DNA of 25,561 bases from a virus (taxonomy: Duplodnaviria > Caudoviricetes): positions 1-25,561 of the IMG/VR virus record IMGVR_UViG_3300035157_000272; one strand, 5' to 3'. Positions within the stretch are counted from its first letter, which is position 1. The number at the start of each line of letters is the position of its first letter. The notes under the pieces are model-generated. The model searched no databases and was not told the origin of the DNA. It saw only the letters and a program-made list of their open reading frames with translations. Shown in pieces: positions 15,443 through 24,031 of this stretch. The position numbers and the translations under genes were made by a program.

Positions 15443-15975
15443 TTCGAGTATTAAAAAATCCTATTACTCAGAACTATATTGATTTTAAAGAATTAATATC
15501 ACGTGATAATTTTTTATGGGGTCATGCAAAAGAAAATTATTCTACAGGATCCCATCCAGCATATTTTACGCATCCATTTATATTGAGATCATTTGCTAAT
15601 GAGATAGCACCAGTTCCTAAGATTATGTGTGAGCATACAAATTTTGCTTGGAATGTAGTAAGAGAAATATTTGAATATAATAATATACAGGTAAACCTTA
15701 TCTATAGGATGAATTTAAATATGACTTATGCACAGGATTTAGATAATCAATTTAGTCCTGTGCATACTGATCATGTATATCCTCATGAGAATTTGTTAAT
15801 TTATTTTACAGGACATAATGAAGGAGAAGGTGGTCAGGTTATAGTTAATGATGAAGAATATTATCCTAAAGAGGATGATGTTATAACATTTCCTGGTACT
15901 CCACATTATATGAAGATACCTGAAAACGGATTTAGAACAGCATTAGTAGTTACCTATCTTGCAGGATATAAATGA
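15439..15975 (+). CDS. 2OG-Fe(II) oxygenase-like protein
   Basis: RMNLN, HTDH, NLLIYF, PHY, FRTALVVT. Confidence 0.7.
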   Translation: MIRVLKNPITQNYIDFKELISRDNFLWGHAKENYSTGSHPAYFTHPFILRSFANEIAPVPKIMCEHTNFAWNVVREIFEYNNIQVNLIYRMNLNMTYAQDLDNQFSPVHTDHVYPHENLLIYFTGHNEGEGGQVIVNDEEYYPKEDDVITFPGTPHYMKIPENGFRTALVVTYLAGYK

Positions 15976-17540
15976 GAATCTTAGGACAGACAAGTCATCA
16001 TGATGCATCTATATGTTTATTGGAGGATGGTAATGTTCTTAGATTTTATAAAGAAGAAAGATTGAATGGTATTAAAAGAGATTCTCCTTGTATATTAGGT
16101 CTCTATAAGATCTATGAGGAGTTTGGTAATACTATAGATTATATTGTTGGGGAAGCTGATGATTTATCTGTACCAGCAATTTGTAAAAGATTGTTTCCTT
16201 CTGCAGAGGTAATAGATGTAAAAAACCTTCATCACTTGTGCCATGCTAGTTTAGCATTTTATAGTAGTGGGTTTAAAGAAGCTTTGACTGTAGTTATTGA
16301 TAGAAATGGATCTACTACAAATGAAGGTACTGAGAGTGAGACTGTTTTTTGTTGTAGATATCCAAATACATTCACTACAGTGTATCAAAATTTATCAAAT
16401 CAAATTGATGGGAAGTATAATATCACTGGGGTTTATGAATCAGCAACTGCTTTAATAGATCAGCATCCATTAGAGAGTGGTAAGACTATGGGGTTGGCAT
16501 CATATGGTAGAAATAAACTTGCTCCATCTTTATTTGAAGATGGCATTCCTATAAAAGAAAAATTTACTACAGTGCATAAAGATTATATGTGGGGTAGTAT
16601 TCCAGGTAAACATCATACTGTAGTTAATAAAGAACTGCACTCAAGAACAACAAGTGATTTGAATGAAGATAATTATCACATATATGCAGATTATGCTTAT
16701 CAAGTTCAATCAGAAACTCAGCAAGCTGTTGGTGATATTATTGAAAAGTTTGAACATTTGGATATAAAAAACGTTTGTATTACTGGTGGGTATGGATTGA
16801 ATGTAGTTGCTAATCAATACTTGACAGAAAGATTTCCTTGGTATAATTTTTTCTTTGAACCTCTTGCTGATGATACAGGCAATTCTATAGGTGCTGCTTT
16901 ATATTTACATCATGAATTAACTAAATCTGAAGATCCATTTGATTTTAAAAATACCATGTTTCATGGTAAGGAATATCCTATACCAAAAGAATATAAAACA
17001 TGTGAGTTAGATTTTATTGTAGATAGTTTACGCAATGATAAATCAGTTGCAGTCTTTCATAAACAGGCAGAAGCAGGACCAAGAGCATTGGGTAATAGAT
17101 CTATTTTGTTCAATCCTTGGAATCCTGATGCTAAGGAGATTGTTAATAAGATTAAGAAGAGAGAATGGTATAGACCTTTCGCAGCAATGGTTTTAGATTA
17201 TGAAGCACCATACTTATTCAATATGGGTATGCATGAAATTAATGATATCAATTGTAAATATATGACAAGAAGTGTTACTGTTAGAGATCCATTTCTTTAT
17301 GGTATAACTCATATTGATCAAACGTGTCGGATTCAAACTATAGATCATAAGCATCATTTATATCGTTTGCTTCGTAGTATAAGTAGTCATACAGGTTATG
17401 GTGTTTTATTAAATACTAGTTTTAATTTAGCTGGTAAACCGTTGGTTGAAACACTTGCGGATGCAGAGAAAACATTCTATAATAGTGACCTAGATATTCT
17501 CTGGTTTCCAGAGACTAAACAATTTATTTCTAAAGATTAA
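15972..17540 (+). CDS. NodU/CmcH-family O-carbamoyltransferase
   Basis: HHDAS, KEERL, HHLCHA, GKTMGLASYG, DDTGNSIG, EAGPRALGNRS, KKREWYRPFA, LNTSFN. Confidence 0.92.
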   Translation: MRILGQTSHHDASICLLEDGNVLRFYKEERLNGIKRDSPCILGLYKIYEEFGNTIDYIVGEADDLSVPAICKRLFPSAEVIDVKNLHHLCHASLAFYSSGFKEALTVVIDRNGSTTNEGTESETVFCCRYPNTFTTVYQNLSNQIDGKYNITGVYESATALIDQHPLESGKTMGLASYGRNKLAPSLFEDGIPIKEKFTTVHKDYMWGSIPGKHHTVVNKELHSRTTSDLNEDNYHIYADYAYQVQSETQQAVGDIIEKFEHLDIKNVCITGGYGLNVVANQYLTERFPWYNFFFEPLADDTGNSIGAALYLHHELTKSEDPFDFKNTMFHGKEYPIPKEYKTCELDFIVDSLRNDKSVAVFHKQAEAGPRALGNRSILFNPWNPDAKEIVNKIKKREWYRPFAAMVLDYEAPYLFNMGMHEINDINCKYMTRSVTVRDPFLYGITHIDQTCRIQTIDHKHHLYRLLRSISSHTGYGVLLNTSFNLAGKPLVETLADAEKTFYNSDLDILWFPETKQFISKD

Positions 17541-17541
17541 A

Positions 17542-17844
17542 ATGGCTGTAAAAAACATACGTTTCACTAGTGGTGAAAATGTTATCTGTGAGTTGAATGA
17601 AGAGAAGGAGGATAGTATTGTAATTGCAGATGCGATTATTGCTATGCCAGCAGGTGAAGATGGCACTCAAATAGGATTTGCTCCTTGGGCTCCATTGCAA
17701 GATCCTGATATTCATGAACTTGAAATCAACAAAAGAAATGTAATGTATATTACAGAAGCTGTGCCAAATCTAGTAACACAGTATAATACTATGTTTAATA
17801 AACCATCTATCGTTACTCCAAATACAGGTAAGTTAATTCTATGA
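17542..17844 (+). CDS. conserved hypothetical protein (possibly Sm-like fold)
   Basis: RFTSGENVI, IGFAPWAP, C-terminal IVTP...KLIL. Confidence 0.8.
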   Translation: MAVKNIRFTSGENVICELNEEKEDSIVIADAIIAMPAGEDGTQIGFAPWAPLQDPDIHELEINKRNVMYITEAVPNLVTQYNTMFNKPSIVTPNTGKLIL

Positions 17845-18368
17845 GACTAGGTGTTATGTGCTCTGGTAAGGGTACCAACTTCGAGAACATTCTACGCACT
17901 TGTAATAAGCATGAAGTTGTGTTGATGATACACAACAAAAAAGATTGTGGTGCTGTAAAGGTAGCAGAAAAATTTGGTGTCCCACATTGTTACATACCAC
18001 ACAAAGATGAAGAGAGGATGATTGATCTCTTAAAGGTATGGCGTGTGCAACTTGTTGTGCTTGCAGGATACATGAGAATTTTATCACCTAATTTCATCAA
18101 CTCATTCCCAGAAAGAATTATTAATGTGCATCCATCTCTACTTCCCAAGTATAAAGGCATTGATGCTGTAGAGCAAGCATTGGAAAGTGGAGATGATGTT
18201 ACAGGATGTACTGTCCATATAGTGACAGAAGAGTTAGATTCTGGTAGAATACTCCTACAGGGAAAAGTCCCTATTGAAAAAGATGATACGGTAAAAACTT
18301 TAACCAAACGTATTCAACGTTCTGAGTATGGTATTTTACCAGCAGCAATCAACAACTTTACATTATGA
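17841..18368 (+). CDS. purN: phosphoribosylglycinamide formyltransferase
   Basis: SGKGTN, LAGYMRIL, NVHPSLLP, GCTVH, LDSG. Confidence 0.95.
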   Translation: MRLGVMCSGKGTNFENILRTCNKHEVVLMIHNKKDCGAVKVAEKFGVPHCYIPHKDEERMIDLLKVWRVQLVVLAGYMRILSPNFINSFPERIINVHPSLLPKYKGIDAVEQALESGDDVTGCTVHIVTEELDSGRILLQGKVPIEKDDTVKTLTKRIQRSEYGILPAAINNFTL

Positions 18369-19189
18369 AATCTTTGAAAACTCCTCTTCGATATCCAGGA
18401 GGTAAATCACGTGCTATTACAAAGATGGCACAGTTCTTACCAGACATGAGTAAGTATAAGGAGTATCGTGAACCTTTTCTTGGAGGTGGATCTGTTGCTT
18501 TGTATATGACAAAGACCTTTCCTCATTTAGAAATATGGGTTAATGATCTTTATGAACCGCTAGTTAACTTCTGGCAACAATTACAAGATGATGGAGATGA
18601 AATTGCGAAAGACTTACGTGCCCTCAAAGAGAGACATGATTCCACAGATAGAGCCAGATACCTTTTTCTGGAATGCAAAGAAAATCTTGACAAGGAGACT
18701 ACGCCCAGAGATCGTGCTGTCTATTTTTATGTTATCAACAAGTGCAGCTTTAGTGGTCTTACTGAGTCCTCGTCATTCAGTGCCCAAGCATCACAATCCA
18801 ACTTTTCAATTAGAGGAATCGATAAGTTACCTGGCTATCAAGAGTTAATAGAAGATTGGACTATAACTAATCTAACTTATGAAAGGATGTTGAGTGATGA
18901 GAAGGATACATTTATATACTTAGATCCACCATATGAGATAGGAACTAATTTATATGGTAAGAAGGGTGAGATGCATAAGTATTTTGATCATGATGCATTC
19001 TCTAAAGAATGTGATGGATTTACTAGTCATCAGATGATATCATATAATAGTGATCAAGTTGTAAAGGATCGTTTTAAGAATTGGAATGCGTATGAATATG
19101 AGCACACGTATACTATGAGATCAGTTGGTGATTATATGAAGGATCAGCAAGGAAGAAAAGAATTGGTATTAACCAACTATGGCATATGA
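18365..19189 (+). CDS. dam: Dam/D12-class N6-adenine DNA methyltransferase
   Basis: LRYPGGKS, EPFLGGGSV, VND, YLDPPY, ELVLTNY. Confidence 0.92.
   Translation: MKSLKTPLRYPGGKSRAITKMAQFLPDMSKYKEYREPFLGGGSVALYMTKTFPHLEIWVNDLYEPLVNFWQQLQDDGDEIAKDLRALKERHDSTDRARYLFLECKENLDKETTPRDRAVYFYVINKCSFSGLTESSSFSAQASQSNFSIRGIDKLPGYQELIEDWTITNLTYERMLSDEKDTFIYLDPPYEIGTNLYGKKGEMHKYFDHDAFSKECDGFTSHQMISYNSDQVVKDRFKNWNAYEYEHTYTMRSVGDYMKDQQGRKELVLTNYGI
18588..18848 (+). CDS. putative nested single-TM protein (86 aa), +1 frame of dam
   Basis: basic KKILTRRLRP then IVLSIFMLSTSAALVVLL; local codon shift. Confidence 0.45.
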   Translation: MMEMKLRKTYVPSKRDMIPQIEPDTFFWNAKKILTRRLRPEIVLSIFMLSTSAALVVLLSPRHSVPKHHNPTFQLEESISYLAIKS

Positions 19190-19577
19190 TGATCGATATC
19201 CTCTTAAGGATTATTTGAATAGTCTCAACTATAGTAAGGAATATCTCATGGGAGATGATCCTGGTTGGGAAAAGAATTACTCCCCTTATGTAATTAATAA
19301 ATGTATGTCTCACCATATGGATACTATCATGTATGCCAATGAGATGAATCAGTATTCAGCATTAGATAAGCAACTTCAGTATGATTTTTATATACATATA
19401 GTGAGGTCTCGTAAAAGGTTTTCACCTTGGGGCAAAAAACAGAAGATGAATGACTTGGAAGTTGTCAAACAATACTATGGCTATAGTAATGAAAAAGCAA
19501 GACAGGCTCTTAGCATTCTGACTCCTGATCAAATTACTTTTATTACAAACAAACTGAATAGGGGAGGAAAGAAATGA
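19179..19577 (+). CDS. g62: gp62 clamp loader small subunit
   Basis: LKDYLNS, YSPYVIN, ANEMN, QYDF, YYGYSNEKA. Confidence 0.9.
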   Translation: MAYDDRYPLKDYLNSLNYSKEYLMGDDPGWEKNYSPYVINKCMSHHMDTIMYANEMNQYSALDKQLQYDFYIHIVRSRKRFSPWGKKQKMNDLEVVKQYYGYSNEKARQALSILTPDQITFITNKLNRGGKK

Positions 19578-19999
19578 GCGAAGAACTTAGTTGGTCTAAG
19601 GAAGACATGGTGCAGGTGACTTTAAAGGAACCTGATGATTTTTTAAAGGTGCGTGAGACATTAACTAGAATTGGAGTTGCTTCTAAAAAAGAGAGAAAAT
19701 TATTTCAATCTTGTCACATACTTCATAAGAAAGGATCGTATTACATAGTACATTTTAAAGAACTATTTGCTTTAGATGGTAAGAGAGCAAATCTTTCTTT
19801 GAATGATGTACAAAGAAGAAATAGAATTATACAACTACTAAGTGATTGGGGATTAGTTGAGATATCTGATGCTGATAGAATCTCTGATGCTGCACCTTTA
19901 AGTCAGATAAAAGTTATTTCATATAAAGATAAGGGTGATTGGACTTTAGAGTCTAAGTATAATATTGGTAAGAAGAAGCAACCTACAAATGAAGGTTAA
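19574..19999 (+). CDS. regA: RegA translational repressor
   Basis: DDFLKVRETLTRIG, QSCHILHK, YIVHFKELF. Confidence 0.95.
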   Translation: MSEELSWSKEDMVQVTLKEPDDFLKVRETLTRIGVASKKERKLFQSCHILHKKGSYYIVHFKELFALDGKRANLSLNDVQRRNRIIQLLSDWGLVEISDADRISDAAPLSQIKVISYKDKGDWTLESKYNIGKKKQPTNEG

Positions 20000-20030
20000 G
20001 GATTATATATAGAACAGTTGCAATAGGTAT

Positions 20031-20495
20031 ATGGCTGAAGAAGAAGTGAAAGAGGAGATAACTGAAGAGGTAGAAGAAAAAAAGAAAGGTGTCTTTGGTA
20101 AAGTCAAAGATGCTATACTACCAGACCCTGAAGAGCAGGCAGCAATCATCTCCACAATGGTCAGAATTACTGTCCTTGCCTGGAGCGGTGGAATATTGAC
20201 TTTGAACTACGTTTCTATACCAGGTATACCACAACAGAAAATTGATCCCACATTTATAGCTTCGGTGTTCACTGGGGTTTTAGCTAGCTTCGGAATTCAG
20301 ACAGCTTCTAAGAAGGGTGATGGTACAATGAAGATGAATGGTAATGGTAGTAGTAATGGTGGACCTCCTCCTGTTACTGCTAAGGATATTGAGGCGATCA
20401 TTGCTAAGAGTGCATCTGCTGGTCCTACTCAAACAATTAGAATTGAGCAAGCACCACTCAAGATCACTACTGACGACAAACCTTACAAATTATAG
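20031..20495 (+). CDS. 2-TM membrane protein
   Basis: VRITVLAWSGGILTLNY, IDPTFIASVFTGVLASFG. Confidence 0.85.
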   Translation: MAEEEVKEEITEEVEEKKKGVFGKVKDAILPDPEEQAAIISTMVRITVLAWSGGILTLNYVSIPGIPQQKIDPTFIASVFTGVLASFGIQTASKKGDGTMKMNGNGSSNGGPPPVTAKDIEAIIAKSASAGPTQTIRIEQAPLKITTDDKPYKL

Positions 20496-20499
20496 AGTC

Positions 20500-20763
20500 A
20501 TGAAATTTAATTTTAATGCAATTGCAAATGCTATTAGTATCGCATCAGGAGTAACACTCGCTGGTATCATAGGTGTAGGAACATACGTCTATGTAAACAA
20601 AGATGCCATTATTGAAGACATCAAGAAGGATGCAATAGAATCCATTGGTGGTGCTGCTTTAGGTGGTCTTGCTGGTGGTGCTCTTACAGGAGATGTAGGT
20701 ACAAATCCACCTTCTGCTGCACCTCAAGCTAGTTTAGGTCTTCCTGTTCCTGGCGGATTCTAA
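20500..20763 (+). CDS. membrane-anchored Gly-rich protein (87 aa)
   Basis: start moved to ATG 20500; TM ISIASGVTLAGIIGVGTYVYV; GGAALGGLAGGA. Confidence 0.8.
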   Translation: MKFNFNAIANAISIASGVTLAGIIGVGTYVYVNKDAIIEDIKKDAIESIGGAALGGLAGGALTGDVGTNPPSAAPQASLGLPVPGGF

Positions 20764-21020
20764 TGGATTTGCAAAAGATTGCTTCTACTGGCACGGCAGT
20801 AACCGTGCTAGGTACTGGTGCTTTTGTCGGTGGCAATCATGTCATCGACCAGAAGACTGGTGGTCCAGAGCGAAGACAGTCTGAGCAAATAGAACAAATA
20901 AGACAGGTGGTTGCTGAAGAGTTGTATCTTCAACTCAAGGACGCATTCCCACCCAAGACTGGTGGAGTATCTGGTAAGAAGGATGCACCACCTTTAAACT
21001 ATAGACAAGAAATAAAATGA
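20763..21020 (+). CDS. small protein with N-terminal hydrophobic segment
   Basis: TAATG coupling; IASTGTAVTVLGTGAFVGG. Confidence 0.8.
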   Translation: MDLQKIASTGTAVTVLGTGAFVGGNHVIDQKTGGPERRQSEQIEQIRQVVAEELYLQLKDAFPPKTGGVSGKKDAPPLNYRQEIK

Positions 21021-21304
21021 GCGTACCTAATGGTTACACAGAGGAAATGATCAAGGAAATGCTTGGTACTTCTATGCCTGATCCTCCAGGTGAATCTGGT
21101 AATGTAATGAGAAGGAGGAAGGGACAAGAGATGAGGGATGGTAAGAGACCATTTCCTGTATATAAAACAAAGAAGACTGGTCCTAACTTTGATGAGGATG
21201 GAAAATATATCTATCCTGAAGGATCTGGATTTAAATATACAGAATTTTTGAAAGATAATCCCAATTCAACAGAAGCAAGTTCATATGGAAATAAAGTATC
21301 ATGA
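21017..21304 (+). CDS. hypothetical hydrophilic protein
   Basis: ATGA-coupled at both ends. Confidence 0.75.
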   Translation: MSVPNGYTEEMIKEMLGTSMPDPPGESGNVMRRRKGQEMRDGKRPFPVYKTKKTGPNFDEDGKYIYPEGSGFKYTEFLKDNPNSTEASSYGNKVS

Positions 21305-21591
21305 TTGATAACACACAACTTTCTGCTTACCACGAGAAGCAATCAACACAAGATAGCGAGATTGCTGTTCTTAAATCACGTATTGATTCTATTGAAAAGG
21401 ATTTAGATGAGTTTAAGAATAAAGATAAGGAAGAATTAGATCAGAGACTGCGTAGTATAGAGAAGCAAGTCTGGGGTGCTGGTGCAGTTATTGCAGTTCT
21501 AGTTTTTGGTATTGGTATTGTTACTCAGATGGAAAGTGATGATGACTGGGATGATGAAGCAAGAATTGAACACGTAATCTATAGAGCATAA
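21301..21591 (+). CDS. coiled-coil protein with C-terminal TM (paralog A)
   Basis: QDSEIAVL...RLRSIEKQVWGAGAV. Confidence 0.85.
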   Translation: MIDNTQLSAYHEKQSTQDSEIAVLKSRIDSIEKDLDEFKNKDKEELDQRLRSIEKQVWGAGAVIAVLVFGIGIVTQMESDDDWDDEARIEHVIYRA

Positions 21592-21881
21592 TGACTGATA
21601 TTACTAACAAAGACTCAGAGCAAGACGTAAAGATTGCTGTCCTTGATAGTACTCTAGAGAATGCTACTCGTAGAATGGAATTGATTCATAAGAGAATTGA
21701 TAGGACAGACGAGAGAATCACCAAACTAAATGAAGATGTAAGAGAAAGGATCAGAGCACTTGAGAAATGGGTTTGGGGTGCAGGTGCTGTACTCACTGCC
21801 TTCATTGTGATAGGTGGTATTGTAGGGGATTTAGATATCCTTCCTGATGGTGAGGTGATAGAGAATGCATCCTATACCTGA
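21591..21881 (+). CDS. coiled-coil protein with C-terminal TM (paralog B)
   Basis: QDVKIAVL...RIRALEKWVWGAGAV. Confidence 0.85.
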   Translation: MTDITNKDSEQDVKIAVLDSTLENATRRMELIHKRIDRTDERITKLNEDVRERIRALEKWVWGAGAVLTAFIVIGGIVGDLDILPDGEVIENASYT

Positions 21882-22746
21882 TATTGGAATAAACGCTTCG
21901 GGGATACCTTTAATACCATTGCAAGGTATTGGTATACGTTCTGTAGGTACTCGGACTGTTTTTGTATCTGATATTAGGAATGTTAATATACATGAAACAC
22001 GTGACTGGTTAGTTAATCCACCAGCAGCAATACCAGTAGATGTTCCAGTAACAGTTCAAGCTGGCACACCTATTGTTAATATGCCTGGTTGTGTAACAGT
22101 ACACAAAGAGAATGCAAAGAAGGATCCATCTACTAATAAGATGCTGGTAAATGATGATCCTAAAGGACAGACCACATTATGTGATGCTGGTATGCCTTAT
22201 TACCAACCACCTGATTATGATTATAGAGAATTATCTTGGCAGACAGTCTTTCAGGATCAAGAAGAAGTTGATGAAGGTGTAGATACAGAGGTAGAAGATT
22301 TAGAAACACCCACAACACCTCCACCACCCCCTACTGGAGGTGAGACTGTTAGTGAGGTAGATTGTCCTCCATTAAATGCAAGACGCATTGGAGACCTGAA
22401 TCAGGCAGGTACAGAAAAGATTAAAGAATATAAATTAACAGTCGATGGATTGAGATGTGAAACTATTTGGGAACCTGTTCCAGTAATTGAGCAATATTTA
22501 CCATCTATAGCTACGGTATCTACGACAGCAACAATTGCTACTGTTGCAACCACGAGTGCCCTACTTGCAAAACCCCTAGCGGATTTGCTTTTGAAGGTGG
22601 TGAAACCTGTGATAAAGAAGACAATTGCGAAGGTGAAGAAGATGCTTGGTCAGAAGGAGAAGATTCTGTCGAAGAGGGAACGACTTCTTGCTCAGAAAGA
22701 GAAGAATCAAGCTGTGAAGGCTGCTCGGACGCTGAAGGGTCAGTAA
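21865..22746 (+). CDS. hypothetical protein with four Cys, acidic/Pro linker, C-terminal hydrophobic segment and Lys-rich tail
   Basis: PGC, LCD, DCPP, RCE; TTPPPPPT; ATVSTTATIATVATTSALL; basic tail. Confidence 0.85.
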   Translation: MHPIPDIGINASGIPLIPLQGIGIRSVGTRTVFVSDIRNVNIHETRDWLVNPPAAIPVDVPVTVQAGTPIVNMPGCVTVHKENAKKDPSTNKMLVNDDPKGQTTLCDAGMPYYQPPDYDYRELSWQTVFQDQEEVDEGVDTEVEDLETPTTPPPPPTGGETVSEVDCPPLNARRIGDLNQAGTEKIKEYKLTVDGLRCETIWEPVPVIEQYLPSIATVSTTATIATVATTSALLAKPLADLLLKVVKPVIKKTIAKVKKMLGQKEKILSKRERLLAQKEKNQAVKAARTLKGQ

Positions 22747-23866
22747 ATGTAGGTTGTGGGAAGTCGTGGGTGTGAGGTTTAACAGTACCACCTGGATTTG
22801 TTACCACAACGTCAGCACATATAGATGCATAAGGTGACTTAGGATGGAACATGATACCAGCCTTGAGGAGTTCACCACAATTTTTAAGACGAGCGATCTC
22901 AAAGTCTAATCTCTTGTTAGCAGTGAGCTGTTGTACAGATGCTATTTGTGCTTCTGCTGCTTCTTTACATCTCTTTTGCATACCTCTATTAAGTGGTATT
23001 GATAGTGTGGCTGATAGACCTAAGTTGAAAGATTGATTGGCTTTCATATCAGTCCTTACTGGTTTATACCAAGTAGGTGTCATTTCATTACTACTATCAA
23101 TTATATCTGGCACACCATTAGGACCATCTATATCTTGAAGGATGGTGATATCTGTTCCATCTGGGAACCATCTTACTGTGTCTCCATTTTCATCAACGTA
23201 TGTTCTATCGTCATACCATTCTTCCCAAGGATAGTTTTTGACAGTAACGTATTGCTCTGTCATCTTACCACTTACGTCAGTAGTATTATATTGTGGTTCA
23301 TTATAGAAATCTTCCCAAGGATCTTTTCTACTATCAGCAAACTGAATATACGGTGTCATATTAAGAGTCGTACCTTGACAGCTTACTCCACCACCGTAGG
23401 TGTTAGTAACGTATGGACCTTGTAAAACCTGAATTGCCTGGTTCGTCACTGAGCCAGAACTATTAGCGATAGGGTTCGCTGTAGCACTTACACCACCAAC
23501 ACCTTGTGCCAAGGCTTTCATTGGTAGTAAAGAATTAAGACCGAGAAGTGCTGCTATTACTGCGTAAACACGCTTGTTGTGTCTGTAACGGATTGGATAG
23601 TTGTTACTCTTTGTATGAGAGTTTGATTTGTCATACCTGGACCTTGATAACTCTGGGTAAATTGAAACGCTGCCCCTGGAGTTGTCATTGTGTATGCACT
23701 TTGATTGTTGAAGTCCAAAGTATCGTGAGAAGATGTTACGCTTCCTGTTACTGCATTGTCTCCTGTCCCTACGGTTGGAGCAATTGTCACTGTTGAGGTG
23801 TTGACGTTGGGATTTAAAGCCTCTCCATTGTTGGAGATCCCTACACCTGTCACTGAGTATTCCCAT
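22538..23866 (-). CDS. putative outer-membrane / secreted protein; start uncertain
   Basis: internal signal-like segment KRVYAVIAALLGLNSLLPMKALA; amphipathic strands TLNMTPYIQF and FNLGLSATLSIPL followed by helices; four Cys after the signal-like segment. Confidence 0.8.
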   Translation of the reverse strand: MGILSDRCRDLQQWRGFKSQRQHLNSDNCSNRRDRRQCSNRKRNIFSRYFGLQQSKCIHNDNSRGSVSIYPELSRSRYDKSNSHTKSNNYPIRYRHNKRVYAVIAALLGLNSLLPMKALAQGVGGVSATANPIANSSGSVTNQAIQVLQGPYVTNTYGGGVSCQGTTLNMTPYIQFADSRKDPWEDFYNEPQYNTTDVSGKMTEQYVTVKNYPWEEWYDDRTYVDENGDTVRWFPDGTDITILQDIDGPNGVPDIIDSSNEMTPTWYKPVRTDMKANQSFNLGLSATLSIPLNRGMQKRCKEAAEAQIASVQQLTANKRLDFEIARLKNCGELLKAGIMFHPKSPYASICADVVVTNPGGTVKPHTHDFPQPTFTDPSASEQPSQLDSSLSEQEVVPSSTESSPSDQASSSPSQLSSLSQVSPPSKANPLGVLQVGHSWLQQ

Positions 23867-24021
23867 CCTGTTCTATAATCAACTGAATTTATGGTTTCTG
23901 TTACCGTACTCTCAGTTTCCGTATGGCTCGTCATAGAACCTTGTTGGAAATTTGGTACCACAGGCACTGCGAGAGTTTTAGACGGTAACAGTAATAAAAA
24001 TAATAGGATAAACTTATTCAT
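23557..24021 (-). CDS. secreted Thr/Ser-rich beta-type protein
   Basis: signal peptide MNKFILLFLLLLPSKTLA; alternating T/S/V pattern. Confidence 0.85.
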   Translation of the reverse strand: MNKFILLFLLLLPSKTLAVPVVPNFQQGSMTSHTETESTVTETINSVDYRTGWEYSVTGVGISNNGEALNPNVNTSTVTIAPTVGTGDNAVTGSVTSSHDTLDFNNQSAYTMTTPGAAFQFTQSYQGPGMTNQTLIQRVTTIQSVTDTTSVFTQ

Positions 24022-24031
24022 CCTTCATCAC

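Noticed and set aside
20338-20499. Hydrophobic N-terminal extension of track ORF 20338..20763
   Set aside because: Typical +1 shadow of T-ending codons; ATG 20500 follows the upstream stop
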